64,000 nt of DNA from an uncultured Chlamydiae bacterium. Lineage in GTDB: Bacteria > Chlamydiota > Chlamydiia > Chlamydiales > JAJFMA01. The first letter of the stretch is position 1. Every line of letters begins with the position of its first letter. Positions 45,672 to 55,373 of the stretch are shown one piece after another. The notes under the pieces are model-generated. The model did no database searches, was not told the DNA's origin, and was given only the letters and a program-made list of their open reading frames with translations. The translations under genes were made by a program, and so were the position numbers. The stretch covers positions 2,752,001 through 2,816,000 of the forward strand of contig CAVQMM010000001.1 of NCBI GenBank assembly GCA_963713615.1, in the 5' to 3' direction.

Positions 45672-48142
45672 TATTCTTCTTCGGAAGGCGTTTTTTGCCT
45701 GATAAGCAAATCAAACTCATGAAGGTAGTAGTCTCGCTGTTCCGGGTCTTCGACTCCTGCGGTCAGCAAGATATTCTGCACACGTACACGATTGTGAGGG
45801 TTAAAAGCACTAGCCGTCAGGGGAGTGGTTGCGCCCAGGATGAGTTGCTCGAGCCTATGAAGAACATTGACCTGAAGTTTGTTATGCAATGTGCGGAGCC
45901 GTTCACTACCGGTAAGCGCAGGCTCCTCAGCCAAAGCTTTGTTAGCGCCAGCAACGGCCGCTTCTAGGGCCGCGAGATCAGGGGCTTGCTGAATTTCCTG
46001 TAGATGTGCAGCAAAGGCATTAGGGCGATCTCCAGGGGGGTCTTCTTGAGCTACAGGCGGAGGCGGCTCAGTCTGTAAGAACTCAACAGGCAGAAAGGCG
46101 CCCAATCCAGCCTTTTGAACTTGTATGATAAACTCATCATGGGACAATAACTTGTCTTCCATGACATTAACTCGATAGGCATCGACAATAGCATGACGGA
46201 TGTCAACCTGCTGCCCTAGATCTACGTCTTCGAGTTCCTGTAAAATGCGATTTGCTACCACAACGAGGTCTGGATTTGGAGTGTTGATATGTTCATCCAC
46301 AAGCTGTAGCAACTGTTGTTTAAAGGGTAGCAGAACCTGTTGTCGATGTTCAGCAATAGCTTTCAAAGACACATTAAGAGACGCTACAAGCGAGGTGGGT
46401 TGTTCGATGGATTCAATGGGCACAGTCTCTTTCGCGGGCTCGACAGGAGTTTCATTGTTCTTGAACTCCGCTTCAACAACGGTAGGCAAGGTCACAGGTG
46501 GTGTATCTTTTGCCGCTTCTGGAACCTCCTTTTCAAGGGCTACAGCGCTCACGACACGTCCATCATGTTCCAGGGTTAACTGAGCGAACGTAATAGGCTC
46601 ATTAGGTATCCACGTTTGCATTAGCTTGATGACCTTATGCGTTGTGGATTGCTCCAGGGATGAATAGAACACAAAATGTGATAGCTTGGCCATATCCGTA
46701 ACGTTTTTCTGGAGCTCCTGAATTTTTTCTTCGCTAAGTGGTGTAGGGCCTGGATTGACAATCTGTGCCATCCCCTCTGTTAGGGGTGTGCTAAACTGAT
46801 AGTATCTGGGGGCGTTATAGACGCGAGTCTCAGCGCCAGGTCTAATTTTATTGAGCCCTTTAGGGGGCAAAAATTCGCGATGCTCAGTATCTGTAGCAAG
46901 TGTCGTCAAACGGATCAGTGAAGCCTGATTCACAAGGTGCGAAACCTCCAAAGCATTGGAGCCTTCCAGGGGCTTGGGATTTGCCAATAAACGGTTGAGT
47001 GAACGTAAATCCGTCGTTTTGTGCAGTTCCATCGTCCTTGAATCGAGCAAAATAGTCTCTCGAGAAAGAAGCCACTGCCATAGGCTTGGTGCAGGCTGTG
47101 CTAGTAGAAGAAACTGTGACAAGTCTCCGCTGGTATAGACACGAAGCATGTAAGGACAATTGGTGAAAGACCCTTGTTTATCTACTGAAATCAATGACGG
47201 ATAATGCGCTGGCAAAACATTGCCTAAGGCTTCTTGTAAAAAGTCGGGGTCCCCCCAATTCTGATTAGGCGGCTTTATTTGATGAATCTGCGCATATGTC
47301 AGAGCCATGGACATGTCGGCAAGACCTTGAGCAGCTATGAATTCTTGCTCATCACTCTTCTCATTAAAGGTAAAGTAGATACCCGATCCCGTAGCGGCGA
47401 GAATGGCGAATAGGACAATAAGAATAGCGAGAAAGGGGCGCCAAAAGGCCCTTCGGGAGACCTCTGCACTAGACATACCACTATCGAAGGTGTTTTCATT
47501 GAAAGCCGCGCGCCGAATGCGTCCTGACTGACGCTCATTCAAAGATCGTGGGGTCCAATGCCGCTGAGTCTTTGTTACTGGTTCGGAGGAGGTCTCATTT
47601 CTCGGCTGAATAGGCATAGAAACGAGGGGTCGTTTGAATGAATTGCCTTTGACAGGGTTTGTTTGTTTGGCCTTCGGCTCTTTATCAAAACCTTCAACCT
47701 CACGAATTAAGGCTTCGACATCGACATCATCACCACTAGACAATTGACTTGTGGAAAGTGATGTTTTCTTCTTGATAGCGTTAGACAAAGCATCCTGAAC
47801 ACTCTCCAAGGGCTGCCCACTAGAAGTGGTTTCGGAATTCCCTTCGAACGTGATCTCTGCCTCAGCAACAGCTAACCTATCACCACTGGCGATTTTCTTC
47901 TTTCCAAAGGGACGACCATTTAATGTGACAAAAGGGTCATTTGCAATATTTTGAACAAAAAAAACCCCTTCCTTTTCGAAGATACGAATGTGCTCCGTTC
48001 GCAGGGAACTCGTATCAAACGGCAAACCAATCAGGTCCGCAGAGCCCGCTCCAAGCAAAACGGAATCTTTATTGAAGACCTTCTCGGACTGCTGCGCACC
48101 AATCTGAAGGGTCAATTTTATCATCGATTGTGCCACAAACAA
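45671..48142 (-). CDS. FHA-domain single-TM membrane protein, chlamydial hypothetical
   Basis: N-terminal FHA-like pattern (VLLG...H.RIFEKEGVFFVQNIANDPFVTLNG..FGKKKI..GD.L); one TM helix (FLAILIVLFAILAATG). Confidence 0.7.
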   Translation of the reverse strand: MFVAQSMIKLTLQIGAQQSEKVFNKDSVLLGAGSADLIGLPFDTSSLRTEHIRIFEKEGVFFVQNIANDPFVTLNGRPFGKKKIASGDRLAVAEAEITFEGNSETTSSGQPLESVQDALSNAIKKKTSLSTSQLSSGDDVDVEALIREVEGFDKEPKAKQTNPVKGNSFKRPLVSMPIQPRNETSSEPVTKTQRHWTPRSLNERQSGRIRRAAFNENTFDSGMSSAEVSRRAFWRPFLAILIVLFAILAATGSGIYFTFNEKSDEQEFIAAQGLADMSMALTYAQIHQIKPPNQNWGDPDFLQEALGNVLPAHYPSLISVDKQGSFTNCPYMLRVYTSGDLSQFLLLAQPAPSLWQWLLSRETILLDSRTMELHKTTDLRSLNRLLANPKPLEGSNALEVSHLVNQASLIRLTTLATDTEHREFLPPKGLNKIRPGAETRVYNAPRYYQFSTPLTEGMAQIVNPGPTPLSEEKIQELQKNVTDMAKLSHFVFYSSLEQSTTHKVIKLMQTWIPNEPITFAQLTLEHDGRVVSAVALEKEVPEAAKDTPPVTLPTVVEAEFKNNETPVEPAKETVPIESIEQPTSLVASLNVSLKAIAEHRQQVLLPFKQQLLQLVDEHINTPNPDLVVVANRILQELEDVDLGQQVDIRHAIVDAYRVNVMEDKLLSHDEFIIQVQKAGLGAFLPVEFLQTEPPPPVAQEDPPGDRPNAFAAHLQEIQQAPDLAALEAAVAGANKALAEEPALTGSERLRTLHNKLQVNVLHRLEQLILGATTPLTASAFNPHNRVRVQNILLTAGVEDPEQRDYYLHEFDLLIRQKTPSEEE

Positions 48143-48224
48143 GCTCTAGACTTTAGATTACTAATACGTAATTATATCAGGACTCAGAATATCCTACCAC
48201 TCCTTAGAAGTAGCATGGATACGA

Positions 48225-48445
48225 ACGGTTCGTGTCCCTTTTAGGAGTGACACGGATGCACACGGATCGAGGAGGATAGGATTTAAATTAGGATTTAGGA
48301 GTAAACCAATTCTAATTCTTCTTCCTAAACCCATGCTTATTGTTTTAGTTTTGAGGAAGTGTTCTTCTATCCTAAATCCTATCCTTCTAAATCCTCCTAG
48401 ATCCGTGTGCATCCGTGTTACTCCTAAATCCTATCCTAAATCCGT
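48225..48445. repeat. intergenic palindromic repeat (acacggatgcac-type)
   Basis: ttaggagtgacacggatgcacacggatc / gatccgtgtgcatccgtgttactcctaa. Confidence 0.8.
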
Positions 48446-48447
48446 GG

Positions 48448-50244
48448 CTACTTGAATTGCAGGCGATAGAGCTTCTCATAGATGCCGCGCTGTCGCAACA
48501 GCTGCTCATGCGTGCCTTCTTCAGCCACTTTCCCTTGAGACATGACCATGATGCGGTGAGCGTGCTGAATGGTAGACAAGCGGTGCGCGATAACGACGGC
48601 AGTCTTTTCCTCTAAGATTTTATTCATCGCCGTCTGAATCTTGCGTTCGCTAGCAGTGTCGATGTTGGCCGTTGCTTCATCGAGGATGTAAACACTTCCA
48701 TTGTGAGCGACGGCCCGCGCCAAGGTGATCAGCTGGCCTTCGCCAGCCGAAAGACCACTTCCTCCACCCGAAATGATTTGTTGCATGCGCATGGGACTTT
48801 TTTCAACGACTGGCTGAAGGTTGACGTACGTCGCGGCACGATCGATCATTTCCTGGGTTACTGAGGGACTATCCATGGCGATATTCTCAGCCAGTGTGCC
48901 GCTGAATAGAATGGGGTCTTGTGGAACAACACTGAACTGACGCCGTAAGGACTGAAGGGAATAGTCTTTGATGTCTCGGCCATTGATTTTTATAGAACCT
49001 TTTTTGATATCGTATAGCCGAAGCAGAAGACCGATTACCGTCGTCTTGCCTGCTCCTGTGGTTCCTACAATCGCTAAGGATTCGCCTTTTTGTACTGTGA
49101 ACGACAATCCATGCAAAATCCAGTTGTCAGCTTGATAGGCAAACCAGACATCTTCAAAAGAAATCGTATGGATATCACCAAGCTCTTCACCGACTCCATA
49201 GGGCTCTCGTTCTCGATCTAAGATATCAAAAATCCGCTCTCCGGCAGCGACAGCGGATTGCAGAACATTGTAACGTTCGGCAAGGTCTGAGATCGGCCTG
49301 AAGACCATCAGCGCATAGAGACTGAAGGTAAAGAACAGCCCGGCATCGAAAATTCCCGGATTTATCGCTAAGGCCATCAAAGTAGCGAAAATCATGACCA
49401 GAACGAGGTTATGCAAAAATTCGATCCCGGCGATAAACACAGCAAGGTTTTCGATACTCTCCAAGTTGGCTGTGCAGTAGTCGCTATTAATTTCTTCAAA
49501 TTCCACCCTCTCACGTTTATGAGAACCAAAGACCCATATGGTGGATACGCCCATAAGACGCTCTTGAACAAAACCGTTTAGAGCCGAGACAATAGCACGA
49601 AGTAATTCAAAGCAACGCCGCTGATTACGCCGAAACTGATGCGTCAGCCACCAAAGAAGGGGGACAACGGTCAAAGTGATGAGAGATACCTGCCAGCTGA
49701 GATAGGTCACGGCTCCCATAATACCCGCCAACAAAAGCACGTTTCCCATGATCGGTACGATACTCTCGGAATAGAGTTGATTGATTTGTTCTACATCATG
49801 GATTGTCCTGCTCATCAATCGTCCCACCGACTGTCCATCGAAAAATGAGATGGGCATTCTTTGAATAGCATCATAGATCTCTGATCGCAAAGAAAGCAGA
49901 GCTCGCTGACCCACCCAGTTTTTCACTAAGACATTTACAGCATCGAAGACATATCCTAGAGCCAAAAGGGCCGCTAAACCTATACCCCAATGAACTAATT
50001 CCATCGGAAATACTTTCTCAGACATCAGCTGCACAGGTCCAAGGATTTCCTGAGCAAGCTTACCGATAAGTATTGGCACGACAGCTTCAACTGTCTTCGC
50101 CAGCACCAGCAACACCACGGACAAACCAATCAGGATGCGATAGTCCGATAGATAGCCTAGCAGGCGTCGGAAGATGGTGAAGTCTACTCCTTTAAAACTC
50201 ACCTTCTCACGGTCATAGGAGCGTCGATAGGGAGGCAGTTTCAT
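48448..50244 (-). CDS. ABC exporter subunit (TMD+NBD), MdlB-like
   Basis: GTTGAGKT, LSAGE, ILDEATA, IAHRLST. Confidence 0.9.
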   Translation of the reverse strand: MKLPPYRRSYDREKVSFKGVDFTIFRRLLGYLSDYRILIGLSVVLLVLAKTVEAVVPILIGKLAQEILGPVQLMSEKVFPMELVHWGIGLAALLALGYVFDAVNVLVKNWVGQRALLSLRSEIYDAIQRMPISFFDGQSVGRLMSRTIHDVEQINQLYSESIVPIMGNVLLLAGIMGAVTYLSWQVSLITLTVVPLLWWLTHQFRRNQRRCFELLRAIVSALNGFVQERLMGVSTIWVFGSHKRERVEFEEINSDYCTANLESIENLAVFIAGIEFLHNLVLVMIFATLMALAINPGIFDAGLFFTFSLYALMVFRPISDLAERYNVLQSAVAAGERIFDILDREREPYGVGEELGDIHTISFEDVWFAYQADNWILHGLSFTVQKGESLAIVGTTGAGKTTVIGLLLRLYDIKKGSIKINGRDIKDYSLQSLRRQFSVVPQDPILFSGTLAENIAMDSPSVTQEMIDRAATYVNLQPVVEKSPMRMQQIISGGGSGLSAGEGQLITLARAVAHNGSVYILDEATANIDTASERKIQTAMNKILEEKTAVVIAHRLSTIQHAHRIMVMSQGKVAEEGTHEQLLRQRGIYEKLYRLQFK

Positions 50245-52046
50245 GAAACTTCATCTCCCGTTTCTAGAGACTGTAGTTCAACTAAGGCTGCGTAGCGCCC
50301 ACCTAAAGCCATGAGCTCACTGTGTGACCCATCCTCGGCAATCAAACCATCGTTCATATACAAAATGCGGTCCATTTGTTGCAGCAAAGGCGCGCGATGG
50401 GTTACTAAAATGACGGTCCTGCCCGCGAAGCTTTCACGCATATGTCCGAAAATTCTCTGCTCTGTGGCAGCATCAACGGCGGAGAAGATATCATCCAATA
50501 ACAAAATAGCTCGCCCTGCTAAAAAGGCCCTGGCAATGGCGACACGCTGCTTTTGGCCCCCAGAGAGACGCACACCGCGCTCACCTACCACGGTGTTATA
50601 TTGCATGGGGAAGCCCAGCACACTCTCATGTAGGTCAGCCAAGCGGGCAACCTGTTCAATTTCCGCTAGATTGGGAGCTTCAAGAGCCATCCCAACATTG
50701 TCAGCAACAGATTTGGAAAAGAGGAAGGGGGCCTGCTCAACAACAGCCATCGAACGATGAAGAGCTTCTCGGTGATATTCGTGAATGTCCCGACCGCCGA
50801 TAGATATCATCTCGTCAGGAATTTCGTATTCGCGATTGAGCAGACGTAGGAGGGTCGTTTTACCTGAAGCTACGGGTCCCGTAATACCGATAAAGGAACC
50901 TGAGCGAATAGTCAAAGAAACATTTTGTAAAGCGGGACGGTTTGCCGTGGGATAGGTAAAGGAGAGGTTATGAAAGCTAATATCGGCATTCGGGGGAACT
51001 TCAGGACCATTGGGGGGCCCTTCGGATACTTCAATAGGCTCTTCATAGATGTGTACCATACGAGCGTAGGCAGCACTACCACGTTGATACATAGGTAGTA
51101 CCCACCCGAGCATAAGAACTGGGCCAAAAATCGTCGATTGAATCCACATAAATGAAACAAAGTCTGCACTTCCGAGTTCAGTCCATCCGTAGAATAGGCT
51201 ATAGCCTGCGAAGAGAACCAATGCAACCGTGATGGCTTTGGTGAACAAGGTAAGAAAGGGAAAGAATAGCCCTCGCAAGCCAGCTAACCAGATGTTAAGC
51301 CTAAAGTAGCGCATTCCCAAGGCCTCGAAATGTGCTTTTGAAACCTCTTCCTGAGCCATGCTCTTTACCACGCGTGCTGCTGAAAAATGTTCCTGCGCAA
51401 AGGTGCTCATCTCACCCAGCACATCTTGGACCTCTTTTGAGCTTTGATACACCTTCCTCTGCGTGGTGAGAACAAAGAATGGCAAAACGAGTATGGGCAA
51501 AAGAGATAGCAAAGTCATCGGAGGTGAAATGCTCGCCAAGGCCGCTAAGGCAGGAATCACTAAAGTGGCAAAATAGAGGGGATACATAATACCCGGACCT
51601 AATACATCGCGATAGGCCGCAATGTCATTGGTCAGAACGCTCATCAGATCACCCACATGATGCCGATCATAGAAAGCCCGAGACTGCACCTGCAAGCGAT
51701 CGAATAACTGCGAACGCACCTCTCGCTCCACGTCGCGACTGACTGCTACAAACTCTACGCGCATGCGGTATTGAAAATAGGCCGCAATGAGAGAGATAAC
51801 GATCAGGATGATTACCCACACAGGCATGTGTTGGGCATAGGCTCCTAATCCAGAAGCTAACAATGCTGGCAAGCCTTTCCCCTGCTCTCCGTTTTGCGGG
51901 CTGATAGATAGGATAGCTTGGCGAAAGACCAAAGGATTGAAAACGAGCAATCCATTGGAAATCATGACCATCGCCAACGCAACACCTAAGCGTCGCCAGT
52001 AGCGTCTAGTGATGGCTAATAGATTGTTTAAGAGGCTTTTTTCCAT
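50241..52046 (-). CDS. ABC exporter subunit (TMD+NBD), MdlA-like with degenerate site
   Basis: GPVASGKT, LSGGQKQR, LLDDIFSAVD. Confidence 0.9.
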   Translation of the reverse strand: MEKSLLNNLLAITRRYWRRLGVALAMVMISNGLLVFNPLVFRQAILSISPQNGEQGKGLPALLASGLGAYAQHMPVWVIILIVISLIAAYFQYRMRVEFVAVSRDVEREVRSQLFDRLQVQSRAFYDRHHVGDLMSVLTNDIAAYRDVLGPGIMYPLYFATLVIPALAALASISPPMTLLSLLPILVLPFFVLTTQRKVYQSSKEVQDVLGEMSTFAQEHFSAARVVKSMAQEEVSKAHFEALGMRYFRLNIWLAGLRGLFFPFLTLFTKAITVALVLFAGYSLFYGWTELGSADFVSFMWIQSTIFGPVLMLGWVLPMYQRGSAAYARMVHIYEEPIEVSEGPPNGPEVPPNADISFHNLSFTYPTANRPALQNVSLTIRSGSFIGITGPVASGKTTLLRLLNREYEIPDEMISIGGRDIHEYHREALHRSMAVVEQAPFLFSKSVADNVGMALEAPNLAEIEQVARLADLHESVLGFPMQYNTVVGERGVRLSGGQKQRVAIARAFLAGRAILLLDDIFSAVDAATEQRIFGHMRESFAGRTVILVTHRAPLLQQMDRILYMNDGLIAEDGSHSELMALGGRYAALVELQSLETGDEVS

Positions 52047-53722
52047 GCACCTTGGCTAACAAGCTCTTTAGCAATACGATCGGGAATGACGCGGTCGAAG
52101 AGAACTTGTTGAAGTTTGGCGACATCACGATCAAGGGATGTCTCACTAGCCTCAACTGCTCGGTACCAAACCCCCACATAGGGCTTGTTTAAGGCCTTCG
52201 CCGCCTTAATCATTCCCTCAACATTTTTCTTTTTATCATCGATGAATAAGATCTTGTCGTAGTTAACGCTATTTTGCTGCAAGAATTGGAATAACACAAT
52301 AGCCTTATCGTTCTGCAACCCTGCAAAAACGACCCCGTTGAGATACTTGGCTGGATAAGGCGTAAGGAGTGTGAAGTCAGCTTTAGCAATAGAATTCTTG
52401 CCAAAATCAATCCAAAGAGATTGCAGCGCATCAAGAGTAGGGTAAGCCATTTCGATATAGCGCGCTGTCAACCCCATCATCTTGCATCCACGCAGCTGTA
52501 GCGCATGCACTACCTTAGCGGTATCCAGTTCCACGGGCCGCACAGAAGTACGCATGAGCACCTGATGCCAAAAAGGCACAAGGCGATCCAGCGCTTCTTC
52601 CTTGCTCATTCCTGCCTCCATAGCTTGCTTGCACACATGGTCCGCCCAAACGTCACCACCAAGCGATGAATCCGTGCGTATAAGAGTATCATTAAGATCG
52701 AAAACCACCAACGTGTTCTCGTCGGCCAAGTCCAATAAGTCAGCGATACGCTTGCTTTCACGTATCTCTACCGAAACATCATGGCTAGGCAATGATGGAA
52801 CAGAATGACTATTTTGTGTCTTAGTAAACACTAGTGTCTGATCTGCACGAGCACAACCTGTAATGGGGTCCTTGTACAAGGCAAGCAGCTTTTGTGCCTC
52901 TGGCATCGCCAAAATACGCTTGGCTAGATCGTCAGGAATAACAGTGCCCGCATAATGTTGCTGGAAATCGGCTACCTCAGGATCGAATGCAGCAGCTTTG
53001 TCATCCTGTCCACTGTAACGCAGACCAACGAATTCGATGTTTTTCTGCTGGCAAGCTGTCTGCATCGACGAAATATTGCCCTGACGATCATCTACAAAGA
53101 CGACTCGGCGAATGGAAGAATCGGCGATTTGCTCCAAAAATTGTTTAAAGATTTCACCTTTGGGATTGCAGTCGTGAGCAAAGATAACGCCTTCATGGAA
53201 GCTTGCGGGATAAGTAGCATCAAACCTAATGTCATTGTTTACCCAAGGATGAACAGAAAAATCTACGTCGATGCTATGTAAATGCTCGATGGTAGGTGGA
53301 AGTATCTTCGGTTGACGTGCTGTCAAGGCTATGACGGAATGAGCAGTCTGCTGCCAGTTTTTGATGCGATGCGCTAGACCTGCCTCACACGGCTCCACAG
53401 TGACATAACGCTGCATAGGCGAGAAGTGCACATAGGAAAGAGTCATTGCCGCTGGCTTGTCAAGGCCATTGGCCAAACCGCGATGAACAAGATGATGAAA
53501 CCATTCGGCTCCGCCAATTAACGTTGAAGAGCAAAAAACCGTGTTGTCTAGGTCTAGAACAACAAGCGTATCGGCTGTGATATATCTGTCTAGCACTGCA
53601 AAATCAGGCCCATCCAATACAAGTGAGTTTGGTGTTTCGCTTGCTAGGGTACGTGTCTGAAATGATAGTCCAATAGTCAGTGCTAAAAGGGCACACAGAA
53701 GAAATGCAGAGACTTTTCGCAT
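52028..53722 (-). CDS. exported protein with two HAD-like (DUF2608-like) domains
   Basis: Signal peptide; LDLDNT...ALTAR...FVDD and FDLNDT...GLTAR...FIDD. Confidence 0.75.
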   Translation of the reverse strand: MRKVSAFLLCALLALTIGLSFQTRTLASETPNSLVLDGPDFAVLDRYITADTLVVLDLDNTVFCSSTLIGGAEWFHHLVHRGLANGLDKPAAMTLSYVHFSPMQRYVTVEPCEAGLAHRIKNWQQTAHSVIALTARQPKILPPTIEHLHSIDVDFSVHPWVNNDIRFDATYPASFHEGVIFAHDCNPKGEIFKQFLEQIADSSIRRVVFVDDRQGNISSMQTACQQKNIEFVGLRYSGQDDKAAAFDPEVADFQQHYAGTVIPDDLAKRILAMPEAQKLLALYKDPITGCARADQTLVFTKTQNSHSVPSLPSHDVSVEIRESKRIADLLDLADENTLVVFDLNDTLIRTDSSLGGDVWADHVCKQAMEAGMSKEEALDRLVPFWHQVLMRTSVRPVELDTAKVVHALQLRGCKMMGLTARYIEMAYPTLDALQSLWIDFGKNSIAKADFTLLTPYPAKYLNGVVFAGLQNDKAIVLFQFLQQNSVNYDKILFIDDKKKNVEGMIKAAKALNKPYVGVWYRAVEASETSLDRDVAKLQQVLFDRVIPDRIAKELVSQGAWKKAS

Positions 53723-53830
53723 GGCTAGCTCCTACAGACTCTTGAACGAATTTTCAGGAGATTATGACGCAGGTAAGACCTTTTTGCAAGACACAAACAC
53801 AGTGAACAACTCTTTAGGAGTCCTTTTGCA

Positions 53831-54913
53831 TTATTGACTTAGAAGCGTTACAAAGACGTCATTGATGTAATATTTTTCGCGACCGACCTTAACGCCTCTT
53901 AATACTCCAATTTGTTCTAGCTTTTGAAGATAGCGTGATGCCGTTTGTCTTTGAGCGATACCTGCGTTTTCCAAAAAAATAATTTTGCAATAGGGATGCT
54001 GGAAAATAACCTCCAAGAGATCCTTAGAGTAAATCTCTGGGGCGGTGTCCTTTACCTTCTTTATGGTATCACGAAACAGATCATGAATTTTTAATAGCCG
54101 AACTCTAGTCTGATTAGCGGTATCATGAATAGCATCCAAAAAATAGACTATCCAGTCTTCCCATTTAGCCTGTTCCGTAATACTTCTGAGCCCGGAATAG
54201 TATTTTGATCGTTGCTCCATAAAGTAACGAGAGAGGTAGAGAACCGGGGTGTCTAGGAGTTCCTTTTCAACCAAGTATAGAATGTTAAGGATACGTCCAG
54301 TTCGGCCATTCCCGTCGTGAAAAGGATGTATCGCCTCAAATTGATAATGAATGACTGCCAACTTGATCAAAGGGTCTACCGAATCTCGAGCATAAATATA
54401 GTGTTCCAGATTAGCTAACTTGTCACGAATGACGGCTTCTCCCTCAGGAGGTGTATAGATGATTTCACCTGAAGGCGTAGCCAGTTTGGTTCCCGAAGTC
54501 CTTCGAACAACCGTTTCACTACCTATAAGTATGGTGCAAAGTTCCTCAAATAGTGTCGTAGTCAGTAAACGTTTCTTACTCTTGAGCGCAAAATATCCGT
54601 GCCAGAGAGCATCGTGGTAGTGCAAGACTTCTTTCGTGTCCAAAGAAACCTGGTGGTCACGAGATGTGAAAGCTCTATACAGTTCATCGTTTGTGGTAAC
54701 GATATTTTCGATTTCCGATGATAGCTTAGCTTCCTGCAACCCAATTGTCTGGATCAGAACAGACTGATTTGGAATCAATGGACCGGTTCCTTTTAACTCG
54801 GCCAGTGCTCTATGGGCAGCAATAGCCTTCTTTAGAACAATCGCAGTTTCAAGCTCTTGATCTGGAGGCAGAAGAGGTAGATCATTGTAACTTTTTTCAC
54901 GATGATAAGACAC
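53831..54913 (-). CDS. class II Fic protein (Fic_N + Fic + C-terminal wHTH)
   Basis: HPFHDGNGRTGR active-site motif; SSEIEN inhibitory motif; C-terminal RQTASRYLQKL HTH. Confidence 0.92.
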   Translation of the reverse strand: MSYHREKSYNDLPLLPPDQELETAIVLKKAIAAHRALAELKGTGPLIPNQSVLIQTIGLQEAKLSSEIENIVTTNDELYRAFTSRDHQVSLDTKEVLHYHDALWHGYFALKSKKRLLTTTLFEELCTILIGSETVVRRTSGTKLATPSGEIIYTPPEGEAVIRDKLANLEHYIYARDSVDPLIKLAVIHYQFEAIHPFHDGNGRTGRILNILYLVEKELLDTPVLYLSRYFMEQRSKYYSGLRSITEQAKWEDWIVYFLDAIHDTANQTRVRLLKIHDLFRDTIKKVKDTAPEIYSKDLLEVIFQHPYCKIIFLENAGIAQRQTASRYLQKLEQIGVLRGVKVGREKYYINDVFVTLLSQ

Positions 54914-54924
54914 CCAAACTCCTG

Positions 54925-55060
54925 ATATGTCGATTTGATCAACATATTAGCATAATATGTCGATTTTTTAACGAAAAATCAACATATCAGGAAACTCATC
55001 CAGCAATTTAGCGGTAAAAAGGGGTGAATACGTCGATTTTTTTCCGAAAAATCGACATGT
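54925..55060. promoter_or_regulatory. three related palindromes upstream of fic, putative operators
   Basis: atatgtcgatttgatcaacatat; atatgtcgattttttaacgaaaaatcaacatat; acgtcgatttttttccgaaaaatcgacatgt. Confidence 0.55.
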
Positions 55061-55080
55061 CAAGAACCTTGAGGACGATC

Positions 55081-55307
55081 AATCGTATCTCGGCGCGCAG
55101 CGCTTTGGAGTGCGTGTCGCTCGCGACCGCTTTGGATTTGGGTGAGCCTATTGAATCACACACCGTTCTTTGGAGGCTGCCCCCCCTCACAGTTACCCCT
55201 AGAGAGAAGGGTTACGTTTCTTGCAATGCCAACTTCGCCCAAATCCAAAGCGGTCGCAAGCGACCGCACTCCAAAGCGCTGCGCGCCGAGATACGATTGT
55301 GAGGGCT
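55081..55307. repeat. REP/REPIN-like element, inverted copy of 42040-42277
   Basis: Same arms and same spacer in opposite orientation; left arm slightly truncated. Confidence 0.9.
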
Positions 55308-55373
55308 TAGATTAAGGCCCATGAGGCTTGTACATGGTCGTCACTTCGTGACTAGAAGACAGGCGCTCCCTAG

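Noticed and set aside
46200..46583. Antisense ORFs within long genes (this one and many similar in the track)
   Set aside because: Shadow ORFs opposite well-supported CDSs, with no motifs
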